DNA from: Octopus sinensis
Lineage: Eukaryota
Length of the DNA stretch: 64,000 bases
Direction: 5' to 3'
Assembly: GCF_006345805.1 (NCBI RefSeq)
Contig: NC_043001.1
Span: 80,414,001 to 80,478,000 of the forward strand
Shown: one piece after another, positions 13,400-24,732 of the stretch
Layout: each line of letters begins with the position of its first letter
How positions within the stretch are numbered: position 1 is the first letter of the stretch
Translations under genes and position numbers: made by a program
The notes under the pieces: generated by a model
The model's input: the letters and a program-made list of their open reading frames with translations, nothing else
Databases searched by the model: none
What the model was told of the DNA's origin: nothing

Positions 13400-14015
13400 T
13401 CTAATTTTGGCACTAAGCTAGCAATTCTGAGGGGAGGATTAAGTCGATTACATTATTCCCAGTATTAAATTCGTACATATTTTATCGACAAAATGAAAAG
13501 CAATGTCGATCTCAGTGACTTTTGCGCACAGAACGCAAAGAACCTGTAGGAATGCAGCCATACAATTTTCCCTGTGCCATCACAATTCTGCTAGCTCGCC
13601 TTTAGTCATTCCGATAAAATGCTTTCTATTATAGGCATATGGCCTTATATCGTGATACTTATTTCATCGATCGCAAAGGAATGAAAGGCAAAATCCACCG
13701 CGGTATATTTCAACTCAGAACCTAGAGAGCCGGAATAAATGCCGTTTAGAATTTTGTCTGGTGCGTTAACGATTCTGTTTGCTCACCTTTTTATAAGCCT
13801 GATAAAACTCAATGTACTAGAAGTACAAGGGCTCAAATTTATGGGTGTTTGACCTAGTCGATCAAATCGATCCCAGTGCTTAATTGGTACTTATTCATTT
13901 TAACGACGTCCGAAGGATGAGAGACAAAGTCGTCCTCGGTGGTACTTGAATTCGCGACATAAAAGACAGGAAGAAAACCACCGTTTTGTCCGGCGCGGTA
14001 ACGATTCTGTCAGCT
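13400..14015 (+). mobile_element. Three diverged head-to-tail SINE-B-like units
   Basis: Repeated TAGTCGAT..CCCAGT...GGTACTTATT..ATCG...GAAAGG.AAAGTCG blocks. Confidence 0.6.
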
Positions 14016-14077
14016 CACCGCATTTCGTTTTTTACATAATGATAAAAATGAAACCCTGGTTTCTCTTCCCCTAAGCG

Positions 14078-14177
14078 NNNNNNNNNNNNNNNNNNNNNNN
14101 NNNNNNNNNNNNNNNNNNNNNNNNNNNNNNNNNNNNNNNNNNNNNNNNNNNNNNNNNNNNNNNNNNNNNNNNNNNNN
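14078..14177. other. Assembly gap (100 N)
   Basis: Run of N. Confidence 1.
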
Positions 14178-14295
14178 TGAAGGGAAGCTCGAGGAGTAGG
14201 AAGAGAAGAAGGAAGATAACGAAAATGAGCAGGAGGAGCAGAGTACATGCCATTTCAGGTTGTAGAAACAGTTTCAAAAAACACAGTGATAGATA

Positions 14296-14436
14296 TAAGG
14301 TTGTCCCAAAAGTTCGTAGAAAGTCTTGGAAAATAATGGTCTTTATTTTGAGGAATAATTTTTGTTGTTTTTGTTAGTACTTGGCGAGTAAAAATTCAAA
14401 TTTCGCAAGTGTTTACGAACTTTTGGGACAACCTAA
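14296..14436. mobile_element. Mariner-type MITE, 141 bp
   Basis: 23-bp TIRs TAAGGTTGTCCCAAAAGTTCGTA / TACGAACTTTTGGGACAACCTAA (1 mismatch), TA on both sides. Confidence 0.88.
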
Positions 14437-15348
14437 TAATACGATTGTAGTGCAACCGAAATGAATGAAGTCCACAGCACTGTCTAGACAATTAATCATG
14501 CACCTGCAGCCTTAGGGATGATACCTACATATTTCCGTAATAATGAAAGCAATATATATGTTAGAAACAGCAGCTTAAAATACCAAGGAAAAATGACATA
14601 ACAAATGCAAACTCGATACCGTAAAGTATCGTTTAATAGTCAATTATATACTTTCATTGATACCTTACTGCTAATATCACAATTCTATTTCCTTTTAATA
14701 GTTACACTAATTAACCTTTTAATAGATATTTTAATTAACTTTCTTGTTGTAATGGTTATTTTAATTAACCTCTTACTTACATTAGTTACATCGCTTCAGG
14801 TCGTTTCACCGACTGCAAATTTCACACGTCCACACATTCATCTGCCTGCTATTTCGCTTATCATGTCTCAATCAACTAGTCTCGCTACCCTGGAGCAAAC
14901 TCATCATGATTTAAAATATTCAATCTATTACATTTATTGAGCTTAGATCGCTTTTATAAATTATTGTGATTTCAAGACTGAATCTAATTTTAAATTTCCT
15001 TCAAATCAAGTTAACTCGTCTTTGAAGATGGTCACATACATAGCCAATATTTCTTCACACTTTCTGTAAGAAATGTTTTCATATTCCGGTTACATTATTT
15101 CTTTCAGGTTCACAAATGTACAAGTCCACAGCTATATATAACAGTATATATTGCAATAGGTCCATTCGCTGTATATCAACGGTTCCCAAAGTAGACGATA
15201 CAGCTCACCCACCTGCAGGCAGTGAGAAGATCCAGGGGGTGTTGAAGAAAGGTGATGCAATAACAGGGTGGCCAAAATGGGGTGATGGATGTAACAACAA
15301 CAAGATAATAATACAGTTCTATATTTAAGAAATGAGGAATTATGCACA

Positions 15349-15539
15349 TTATTTACATTATATACATTTGACGGATATTTGTCCGCATCTTGTTTGTTGC
15401 TATCCCAACGTTTCGGCTGATATACAGTTCCCCAAGACACCTGATGAAGGCTGGAGGGTATATCAGCCGAAACGTTGTGTTAACAACAAACAAGATGAGG
15501 ACAAATATCCGTCAAATGTAATGTAAATAATGTAAATAA
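15349..15539. repeat. Inverted repeat, Penelope-like head-to-head termini
   Basis: 15349-15425 is the reverse complement of about 15458-15530 with a few mismatches. Confidence 0.88.
15436..15481 (+). ncRNA. Minimal type I hammerhead ribozyme, canonical core
   Basis: GACAC-CTGATGA-A-GGCTG(GAGGGTATAT)CAGCC-GAAA-CG-TT/GTGTT: 5-bp stems I and II; palindromic AACGTT stem III implies a dimer. Confidence 0.75.
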
Positions 15540-16184
15540 TGAACAAAATGATAGGTTAATTAGGTTAAGTTTTATTCCTGAAATACAATTATTTTGAATT
15601 TGCTTCAGAAAATGGTTTATGATTGTAGTGGTGAGTGGAGGGGTGAGCTAGGAATTTGAACTGGGTGTCAAGAGGGCAGCAGCCCGAAAATGCTTGGGTA
15701 CCACTGCTTTATATCTTTATCCATTTTTTTCTTTTCGCTTGTTTTAGTCATTGCCCTGCGGTTATGCTGGGGTACCACCTTGAAAAGTGTAGTCGCATAA
15801 ATTGATCCCAGTACTTATTTTTAAAATCTCGTACATATTCTATCAGTCACTTTTATGGATACGTAAGTTGCCTCAAACTGTTGTCAAGCGGTGTGAGAGG
15901 ACAAGCACAAACAAAAAATCACATATATACAAGCATACATACATACATACATACAGTTTAGCTATGAATTGCTCCCCCACTACTTCTGCTCGTGATCAGA
16001 GATGCACATATCGTCAGCCACTAAGGGACATGCTCAACTGGTTACGGTCAAACAACTGACAAGCAAATCTGTGGTATTGAGCAGAATATTTGCTGTAGCC
16101 CATCTTTTATACCAAGACAAAACAATGTACATGATAACACTTCCAATCAGTTAAGATCAGAAGCCATGAGAGCATTATTATCAC

Positions 16185-16265
<81 letters not shown>

Positions 16266-16286
16266 CATTATTACTATTATTGTTTT

Positions 16287-16688
16287 GGCGCAAGAGTGGC
16301 TGTGTGGTAAGTAGCTTGCTTACCAACCATATGGTTCCGGGCTCAGTCCCACTGCGTTGCACCTTGGGCAAGTGTCTTCTGCTATAGCCTCGGGTCGACC
16401 AAAGCCTTTTGAGTGGATTTGGTAGACGGAAACTGAAAGAAGCCTGTCGTATGTATATGTATATATATGTGTGTGTGTTTGTGTGTCCGTGTTTGTCCCC
16501 ACCAAGATCGCTTGACAACCGATGCTGGTGTGTTTACGTCCCCGTGACTTAGCGGTTCGGCAAAAGAGACCGATAGAATAAGTACTAGGCTTAGAAAGAA
16601 TAAGTCCTGGGGGTCGATTTGTTCGACTAAAAGCGGCGCTCCAGCATGGGCGTAGTCAAATGACTGAAAAAAGTAAAAGAGTAAAAGA

Positions 16689-16691
<3 letters not shown>
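16287..16691 (+). mobile_element. Full-length SINE family A
   Basis: tRNA-like head TGGCTGTGTGGTAAG...GGGCTCAGTCCC, then CCTTGGGCAAGTGTCTTC, internal (TA/TG)n, tail GTAAAAGAGTAAAAGAGTA. Confidence 0.9.
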
Positions 16692-16729
<38 letters not shown>

Positions 16730-17910
16730 CATACACGCACATATGCATGCACACACACATGCACACATACACACACATACTACAAATACAAATAAATATA
16801 CATAAATATATCAATAAATATATCAATATATGAAAAGACATGGTCGCAGGTAGAACAGTATGGTTAAGAAAACAGTTTTGCCACCACGTGGTTTCGTGTT
16901 CAGGCCTACTGTACGGCGTCTCAGGCAAGTGTTTTCCATTAGAGCCCCGGGCCGATCAATGTCGTGGGTGTGAAGTTACGAGAGGAAATTGTGTGTAACC
17001 CATCGTATATATGTTTCTGCGTATGTATGCCGTTAACAATTGGTAGAGCCATACGTTTTAATTCGTAACGGAATATCTGACTTAATTACAATTTTGGTTG
17101 AAAATCCCCGTACTTAGATCTTAACCTCAACAATACTTGTTGTTATATCTAAATTAAAAGACAGATTATTCAACAGTACTTTCTTTCTGAATACTAATCG
17201 TATATCTGTTAAAGGATGTTGTAGGTATTTCTTATGTAACGTATGGTCTTGCAATCGTTGTTTCTTGTGGTATTATCATAGTAATTGGAAGTATTATTGT
17301 CTGAGAATATTCATCTTTTTACATAAATACACGTGCTTTGTCAAAAATCACAGACGTAGTGTATATTTCGAAACTAAATATATGTAAAATACATGTTTCC
17401 TATGGAAAAGACATGGTACATGTATCTCATACATGGTACATGTATCTCATACATGGCACATGTGTCTGTGTGCCAAAGACCCCAACTTGCTACGTGTGAC
17501 CCCGTTCCAAATACACATACAAGTAACATGCGAATATAGTCCAAATGCACATACACGCGGCTATGTGACCCTGGGAGAAACAATCACTCATAATATATAC
17601 GTTCTTGAGCCAAACATATGTACATTTAATGTAACACACAACCCGATATTAATGACAATTACGTGTCACATAGGGCTGTAGTACAAAAAGAACATGCTGA
17701 TTGTATCAAGCCTAAGATACGTGTTACATACAAACCTCAGATGCTGTACACAACTCTGAAGCAAAGGCATCAACAAATTATCGTGATATTTGGTTGTCTA
17801 CACACACACACACACACACACGCACGTACACACACACTCGCACGCATGGACGCAGGCACACACACGCATTTTCTATTTTATACACTGCACAGACAGAATC
17901 AGAAAAAAAA

Positions 17911-18511
17911 CAAGGTGAGCTGGCAGAAACGTTAGCACGCCGGGCGAAATGCTTCGCGGTATTTCGTCTGCCACTACGTTCTGAGTTCAAATTCCGCCGA
18001 GGTCGACTTTGCTTTTCATCTTTTCGGGGTCGATTTAATAAGTGCCAGTTACGCACTGGGGTCGATATAATCGACTTAATCCGTTTGTCTGTCCTTGTTT
18101 GGCCCTCTGTGTTTAGCCCCTTGTAGGTAGTAAAGAAATGGGTGTTTCGTCTGTCTTTATGTTCTGAGTTAAAATTCCACCGAGGTCAACTTTGCCTTTC
18201 ATCCTTTCAGGGTCGATAAATTAAGTGCCAGTTACGCACTGAGGTCTATCTAATCGACTTAATCCGTGTGTCTGTCCTTGTTCGTCCCCTCTGTGTTTAG
18301 CCCCTTGTGGGTAGTAAAGAAATAGGTATTTTGTCTGCCGCTACGTTTTGTGTTCAATTTCCGCCGAGGTCGACTTTGCCTTTCATCCTTTTGAGGGCGA
18401 TTAAATAAGTACCAGTTACGCACTGGGGTCGATCTAATCGACTTAATCCCTTTGTCTGCTCTTGTTTGTCCCTCTATGTTTAGCCCCTTGTGGGCAATAA
18501 AGAAATAAGAA
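17911..18511 (+). mobile_element. SINE family B with three tandem ~184-bp bodies
   Basis: Units start at GGT.TTT.GTCTG at 17958, 18141 and 18325, with a single 5' head. Confidence 0.88.
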
Positions 18512-18599
18512 TCAGAAAAAAAAATATATGAATAAGACAAAACTTCAGCATGTAATTTCTTTGAACAAAAATGTCGACGTCTTTGAGTAATAAGAAATT

Positions 18600-19085
18600 T
18601 GTTTCTCAACCACATTGTTCCGGATTCAGTCCCATTGCGTAACACCTTATAAAAGTGTCTTCAACTAAAGCCCCGAGTCGACCAAAACCTTGTGAGTGGA
18701 TTAGGTAGACGGAAACTGAAAGAAGTTTGTCGTTTATATGTAGGTATGTATGTATGTATGCGTGTATGTATGCGTGTATATAAGCATGTATGTATGTATG
18801 TATGTATGTATGTATGTATTTATGTATTTATGTATGCATATATGTATGTATGTATGTATGTGTGATTGTCTTTATGTTTGAGTTTGTCCCCCACCAACTT
18901 TTGACAACGATGTTGGGATGTTTACGTCCTAGTAACTTAACAGTTCTGTTAGGAGGTTAATAGAGACAGCAGCAGCTTCAGAAGAAAATAAAGGAGTTAA
19001 ATAAAGGTTTTGTCGATTTGTTTGATTAACACCATCAATGCAGTGCTCCAGCATGTCCCCACTCTAATAACTTAAACAAATAATA
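18600..19085 (+). mobile_element. SINE family A, diverged
   Basis: Same head, core and tail as 16287; internal (TATG)n. Confidence 0.8.
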
Positions 19086-19571
19086 ATATAAAGAGAAAGA
19101 AAGGTATATATGGTGACATGAACGATTTCTTCAAACGGGTAGACATATTTGCGTAATATGTCTACAGAAATACCCTGGTTGCACTAATATCGACTTTATC
19201 AGTTGGGAACAGTGTCTAACGAAGCGTGACATTAACTTTTAGGGAATATTTAACTGCTTTAACTCTGTGCACCTGCTGTCATTTTAAGCGAGACAGTACC
19301 TAGAGATTTCCTAGCTCTCTTCAGCTGTATCTCTCTCTCTCTCTCTCTCTCTCTCTTTACTGCTCTTGTCATTCATATACATATACGCATATGTGTGTGT
19401 CTGTGTATGTATGTATATAATATATATATATATATATATAGACACACATACATACATACATACATACATACATACAACATACATACATACTACATACATA
19501 CATATATAAACATATATATAGATATATACATATATGTGTATATATACATATATGTATATATATATATGTAT

Positions 19572-19630
<59 letters not shown>

Positions 19631-19637
19631 ATGTATG

Positions 19638-19671
<34 letters not shown>

Positions 19672-20620
19672 ATATATATATATATAATATATATATATAT
19701 TATATATATATATGTATACGCACATACATGAAAACCGTAGATATATCTATGTGGAACGGTGCATGTACTTATGCATATGTATGTATATTGTTCCCAACAA
19801 AGCCGCCACGTCGTCAATACCGCAAAGTTAGAGAGGTGAGCGAGAGAGGGAAATCGTGTAAGCAAAACAAGAGAAGACGTATGTGTGTGTGTAAGAACGT
19901 GAGAACATGAGTACTTGAGTTGTTTGGGTCAATGGGGGGTAGTGAAAGAGAGAGAGAGAGAGAGAGGCAGTGAAAAAGAGAGAGAGAGAAGAAGGAAAGT
20001 GTGAGAGTTGAAAATGACGGAGGATGCAACGTTTTAAGACACAAAAAGATAAATTGAGTGTGAGAATAAGAGATGAGCAAATATAGATGGACGGCGTATA
20101 GGTAAATGAAAGGGTATATCTGAGTTGGATGCGAAGAAGAGGGGAAATTGAGAAGTTATGAGCATGATAGAAGAATAGAGATATGAAGTGAGATTACAGT
20201 GGAAAGGGAAAAGAAACGTTTATTTAGATCCTTATATTTTCGTTTGTGGAGACGCGTGGCTTAATGGTTAGAGTATTCGACGCAAGATTGTGACTTCGGT
20301 TCCTGGACCCGGAATGACCTTTGTATTCCATTTGCATTTTATCAATCGTTTTACCAACTATTTACCATTATTGCATGACAATAGAACTGTGAGCTGGCAG
20401 AATCGTTAGGGTGACCGACATGAATGCTTAGCGGCTTTTCTTCCGGATCAAAACGTTCTCTGCGTTAAAATCTCGTCGAGGCAAACTTTGCCTTACATCT
20501 TTTCGAGCACTGGGGTCGCCATAATCAAATTGCCCAATCGCCACAAAACTTATTTTTATACGTACATACATACATACATACATACATACATACATACAAT
20601 CATATATATAATGTGTATAT

Positions 20621-20655
<35 letters not shown>

Positions 20656-20859
20656 CGTGTGTGTGTGTGTCTGTCTGTCTGTCTATATGTGCTTGTACCC
20701 CCACCATCGCTTGACAAGTGATGTCGGTGTGTTTACATCCCCGTAACCAAGTGGTTCGGCAAAAGTGACTGATCGAATTAGTACTGAGCTTACAAAGAAT
20801 AAGTCCTGGGGTCGATTTGCTCGACTAAACGCAGTCGCGTGGTTGAAACAAGTAAAAGA

Positions 20860-20928
<69 letters not shown>

Positions 20929-20940
20929 CAATAATAATAT

Positions 20941-21202
20941 AGGGTGAAATTAATTAATTTGGAATAATCATTAATTTCACCAAGTAGATTTCGGCATGTA
21001 AAAGCCCCATTCGAGGAAGGTTTAAGTAATACTAAGTAATTAAGGGTTTAGCAACGATTTGCCTCACCACCACACCGAATTTAGGAATAGCAGTCAAAGA
21101 GTTATGGCTATTCTTTCTAGCCATAACTCTTTGACTGCTATTCCTAAATTCGGTGTGTGGTGAGGCAAATCGTTGCTAAACCCTTAATTACTTAGTATTA
21201 CT
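20941..21202. repeat. Dispersed copy of the 6.6-8.2 kb repeat unit ending in an 86-bp fold-back
   Basis: 21025-21110 and 21118-21202 are reverse complements with one indel; loop TTCTTTC. Confidence 0.92.
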
Positions 21203-21465
21203 ATATATATATATATATATATGCATATACCGTTGATAGAGCCCTGATAACAAATAGTGTTAGCACTTATGGGATGCAAATTAGTAGCTACTTTTTTCTG
21301 GATGTATTGGAATTGTTACGTATATAAACAGATCGGCTGCTTACTTCGGTATTAAGATAGATGAAAGGTGAAAAGATTTTATTGCGTTTCAATTTTTCTC
21401 TGTTTTTTACTTATTCTCGAAGTTGATGGACATCAGAAAATCTCTCGTAAAACTTTTTATAGATA

Positions 21466-21505
21466 TACCCGAAGAGACCCAGAACGGGTCAAAACTTGTG
21501 TCGTA
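21466..21505 (+). ncRNA. Degenerate hammerhead-like motif (CCGAAGA core)
   Basis: TAC-CCGAAGA-GACCC(AGAAC)GGGTC-AAAA-CTTGTG-TC/GTA; G12>A probably inactivates it. Confidence 0.45.
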
Positions 21506-21680
21506 CCCAATAAAATCTTTTCTCCTTCCATCTAGTTTATTAATACTGTTACCTCAACCGCCACTACGGAGTTCCTGCAATAAATCTACGGATAAAAACA
21601 GGTAATCGAAACTGTGCCGGTGCTTTACTCATCATCTGTTATACATTTTGTATAATTTCTCCATTATATATGTGTGTGTG

Positions 21681-21743
<63 letters not shown>

Positions 21744-21754
21744 AAGTTATATCC

Positions 21755-21940
21755 AACAAGAAAGCACACAAAAAACACAACAACGCGAGGACGTGGAACA
21801 AATATAGTATTATTGGACGCTCAGGAAAGAAGGAAAGAAGGAGGGTTTAACGTTTCGGGCGGAGCTCTTCGTCGGAAACATAGGAGAAGGAAAGATCCAG
21901 AGAAGGGAAGACAGAGGAAAAAAAATCGCCAAAAATATTT
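21755..21940 (-). mobile_element. Short Penelope-like non-autonomous repeat with hammerhead motif at 21845-21879
   Basis: Minus: GTTT-CCGACGA-A-GAGCTCCGCCC-GAAA-CG-TT/AAAC; pyrimidine-rich leader; ends at (TA)n. Confidence 0.55.
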
Positions 21941-21959
21941 GAAAAAAGAAATCGAATGT

Positions 21960-22293
21960 CTTCACTGGCTGTTCTAATCAGTTTAATTTGTTATTATTTT
22001 TTTATTTTTTAATAATATAAATTTTAGTTCATAGATCTAGTGGATTGCTGTTCTCTTTCTGGCTTCGCATTTGGCCCAGTGTCTGACCAATCACCATGTA
22101 GACGTAACCTTTTAATGGGCGGGAACAGGCAATTGCACATTAAGAGGTTACGTCTACGTGGTGATTGGTCAGAAACTGAGCCAAATGCAAGGCCAGAAAC
22201 AGAATGGCAATCTACTAGGTCTACGAACTAAAATTTATATTATTAAAACTTTTTTTAAATAATAAATTAAACTGATTAGAACTACCAGTAAAG
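21960..22293. mobile_element. Fold-back MITE, ~155-bp imperfect arms
   Basis: CTTCACTGGCTGTTCTAATCAGTTTAATTT... versus ...AAATTAAACTGATTAGAACTACCAGTAAAG; inner arms close around a 20-nt loop (22118-22137). Confidence 0.85.
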
Positions 22294-22349
22294 TCATCTT
22301 TTTTTCTTTTTTCAACTATACCCAACTGTACCTCACACAATATTATATA

Positions 22350-22393
<44 letters not shown>

Positions 22394-23504
22394 TTTAGGA
22401 AATAAGTAGGTATTTGGTCTAAATGCATACATACACACACGCGTATGTTTCATACATAGTTATCTTATGTATACACATTGTGTGTGTTTTTGTGCATATA
22501 AAATGTACATACATATATGTATGTATGTTTCCATCCGCCTGGTTAGACTTACATAGACAAATCAAATACAGCTTGCGTGTGCGTATGCATCTACGCTCTG
22601 ACAATCGCAGACGTGCACACATGTACACACATACACAGACACACACTCAAAGACACTAAATTTCATTGATATTGCGAAAGAGACAGTATAATACTTCAAC
22701 TTCCACTCATCTAAGCTGTTCCACCCTAATTTTCAACTTGCCTGTTACCAAGGTAACGAGTTTTCCAATGGCTGACAGGAAACATGGCTTCAGGTTTGAA
22801 ATATGTGGTGGCACCTTTGAAGTTAATATTATCAGCAGCTTAGTATGGTAAGGTATATATCGTTAGGAGTAACTTCTCAACAATCATCTTCATCGTAGTC
22901 ATCATCACTGTCCTCGTAGGCGTCGTCATCGCCATCATCACCACCATCCCCGTCATCCTCATCATCACCCCCACCATCACTACCATCACCACCATCACCA
23001 CCAGCATTATCACCACCATCACTACCATTACCACCACCACCATCACTATTATTACCACCACTTTCATCAACAACGTCACCACCACATAATACATAACAGT
23101 AAACATATATACACACACACACACAAGCACATATATATATATATATATACCCAACTATGTATGTGTGCATATATACACATACACACACACACACACATGC
23201 AGATATATACACATACACATATATGCATATACATTGTGTGTGTGCATGTGTGTGTGTGTGTGCGTGCATGCGTGTATGTAGAGTCGGGAGAAGGGAGCTT
23301 CCTTGATAAATTCTACGGTCTTATCGGTCTCCATTCCGTTTGTAAATGGTAATTAACTGTATAACTTGGAATCGTTGCTGAAATTTACGACCTCCATTCT
23401 CAGAAGACTTAGCGAAATATACACTAAGCAAACAAATGGAGTTTAGATCCACACAAGACTTGTGTGGATCTAAGATCTATCTATTTGCTTAATGCGTAGG
23501 TCTC

Positions 23505-23795
23505 TGGAGTTGTAGCCTAGGCGTTTGGCATGTTGGCCTTTTGATCGCTAGATCGAGGGTTCGGTTCCCAGAAAGGTTGTGCTTTGTACTCTTGAGTAAA
23601 AACACTTCATTTCACGTTGTTCCTGTCCGCTCAGCTGTAAATGGATAACCCTAACGGACAAGCCTTCCGATGAAGAGTAATGTTGGCCAGCTCACCTAGC
23701 CAACGAGGTGGTGTCATTCGAAAATCAAAACCACGTAAGGCGCATTGTGACCAGCGATGTATAACAGCATCTGATAGTTTGGTCGATCACGTGAG
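23505..23795 (+). mobile_element. SINE family C copy
   Basis: GGAGTTGTAGCCTAGGCG...GAGGGTTCGGTTCCC head, CTTGAGTAAAAACACTTCATTTCAC core. Confidence 0.6.
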
Positions 23796-24123
23796 TTGTG
23801 TGTGTTTGTGTGTGTATTGTGGAAACTTATAGTACTTTAATGAATTAAAATTTAAAAACTAAGACACACTAAGATCCAGGTGTATTTTTCAAACCTAAAA
23901 CAAATGTTCTTATATTTTCACTTCTATGGAAGTAAACATCTGTTTCTTAAAATACACTCATACGTACGAACAAAAAACATACATGTACACAAACACATAC
24001 ATACACACATACAAACAAACACACACATATGAAAATTGGCATTGGTGGGGTTGAAAAATACATCTGGGTCTTCGGGTGTTTTAGTTTTAAAAGTATATAT
24101 ATATATACATGTATATATATATG

Positions 24124-24167
<44 letters not shown>

Positions 24168-24510
24168 TACACTCACGCTCACACAGGCACACACACACAC
24201 ACACATACATGCATGCATACATACATACATACATACATACATACATACATACATACATACATACATACATACATACATACATACATACATACATACGTAC
24301 ATATGTAGTGACAAATTCTGTTCACAGATGACTCATCTATGCTAGAAGATTTCTGGAAGCTATCCAGAAAATTATCCCTTTTTTGTGAATATGCAGCGAA
24401 AACGACCTTCCTTTTTTTCCATTAACATTAAAACAAAGTTTTGTAAAGTCAGTAATCAGCTAGAAGGTGGAATGCTGGAATATGATTCTCTAATCATTCT
24501 GGTCACGACT

Positions 24511-24732
24511 CTAACTCTTTAGCATTTAAACAGTCTGTATGAAATATTCTACCTGCTTTATGTTCAACCCGGTCAGATCCGGCTTCTCACAGCAACGGTA
24601 CAATGTCATTCTAAAAATAAACAATCACATCGTTGAAATCTCAAAGCTATGTGATAATGAATGTTTAATTTACGGCAATCTGAATAAAAAAGCATTACAT
24701 CTGACAGAGTAACCGGAATGCTAAATGGTTAG
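24511..24732. mobile_element. piggyBac-like MITE
   Basis: Ends CTAACTCTTTAGCATT / AATGCTAAATGGTTAG resemble degenerate TTAA-CCCTTTAGCATT termini. Confidence 0.6.

Noticed and set aside
14015-14277. ORFs spanning X residues
   Set aside because: They cross the 100-N gap
16287-16360. tRNA-like sequence (and the equivalent heads of other SINE copies)
   Set aside because: SINE heads with A/B boxes; no complete cloverleaf
17911-18511. CRISPR-like or other prokaryotic array
   Set aside because: Units are 184-bp SINE bodies without unique spacers; eukaryotic context
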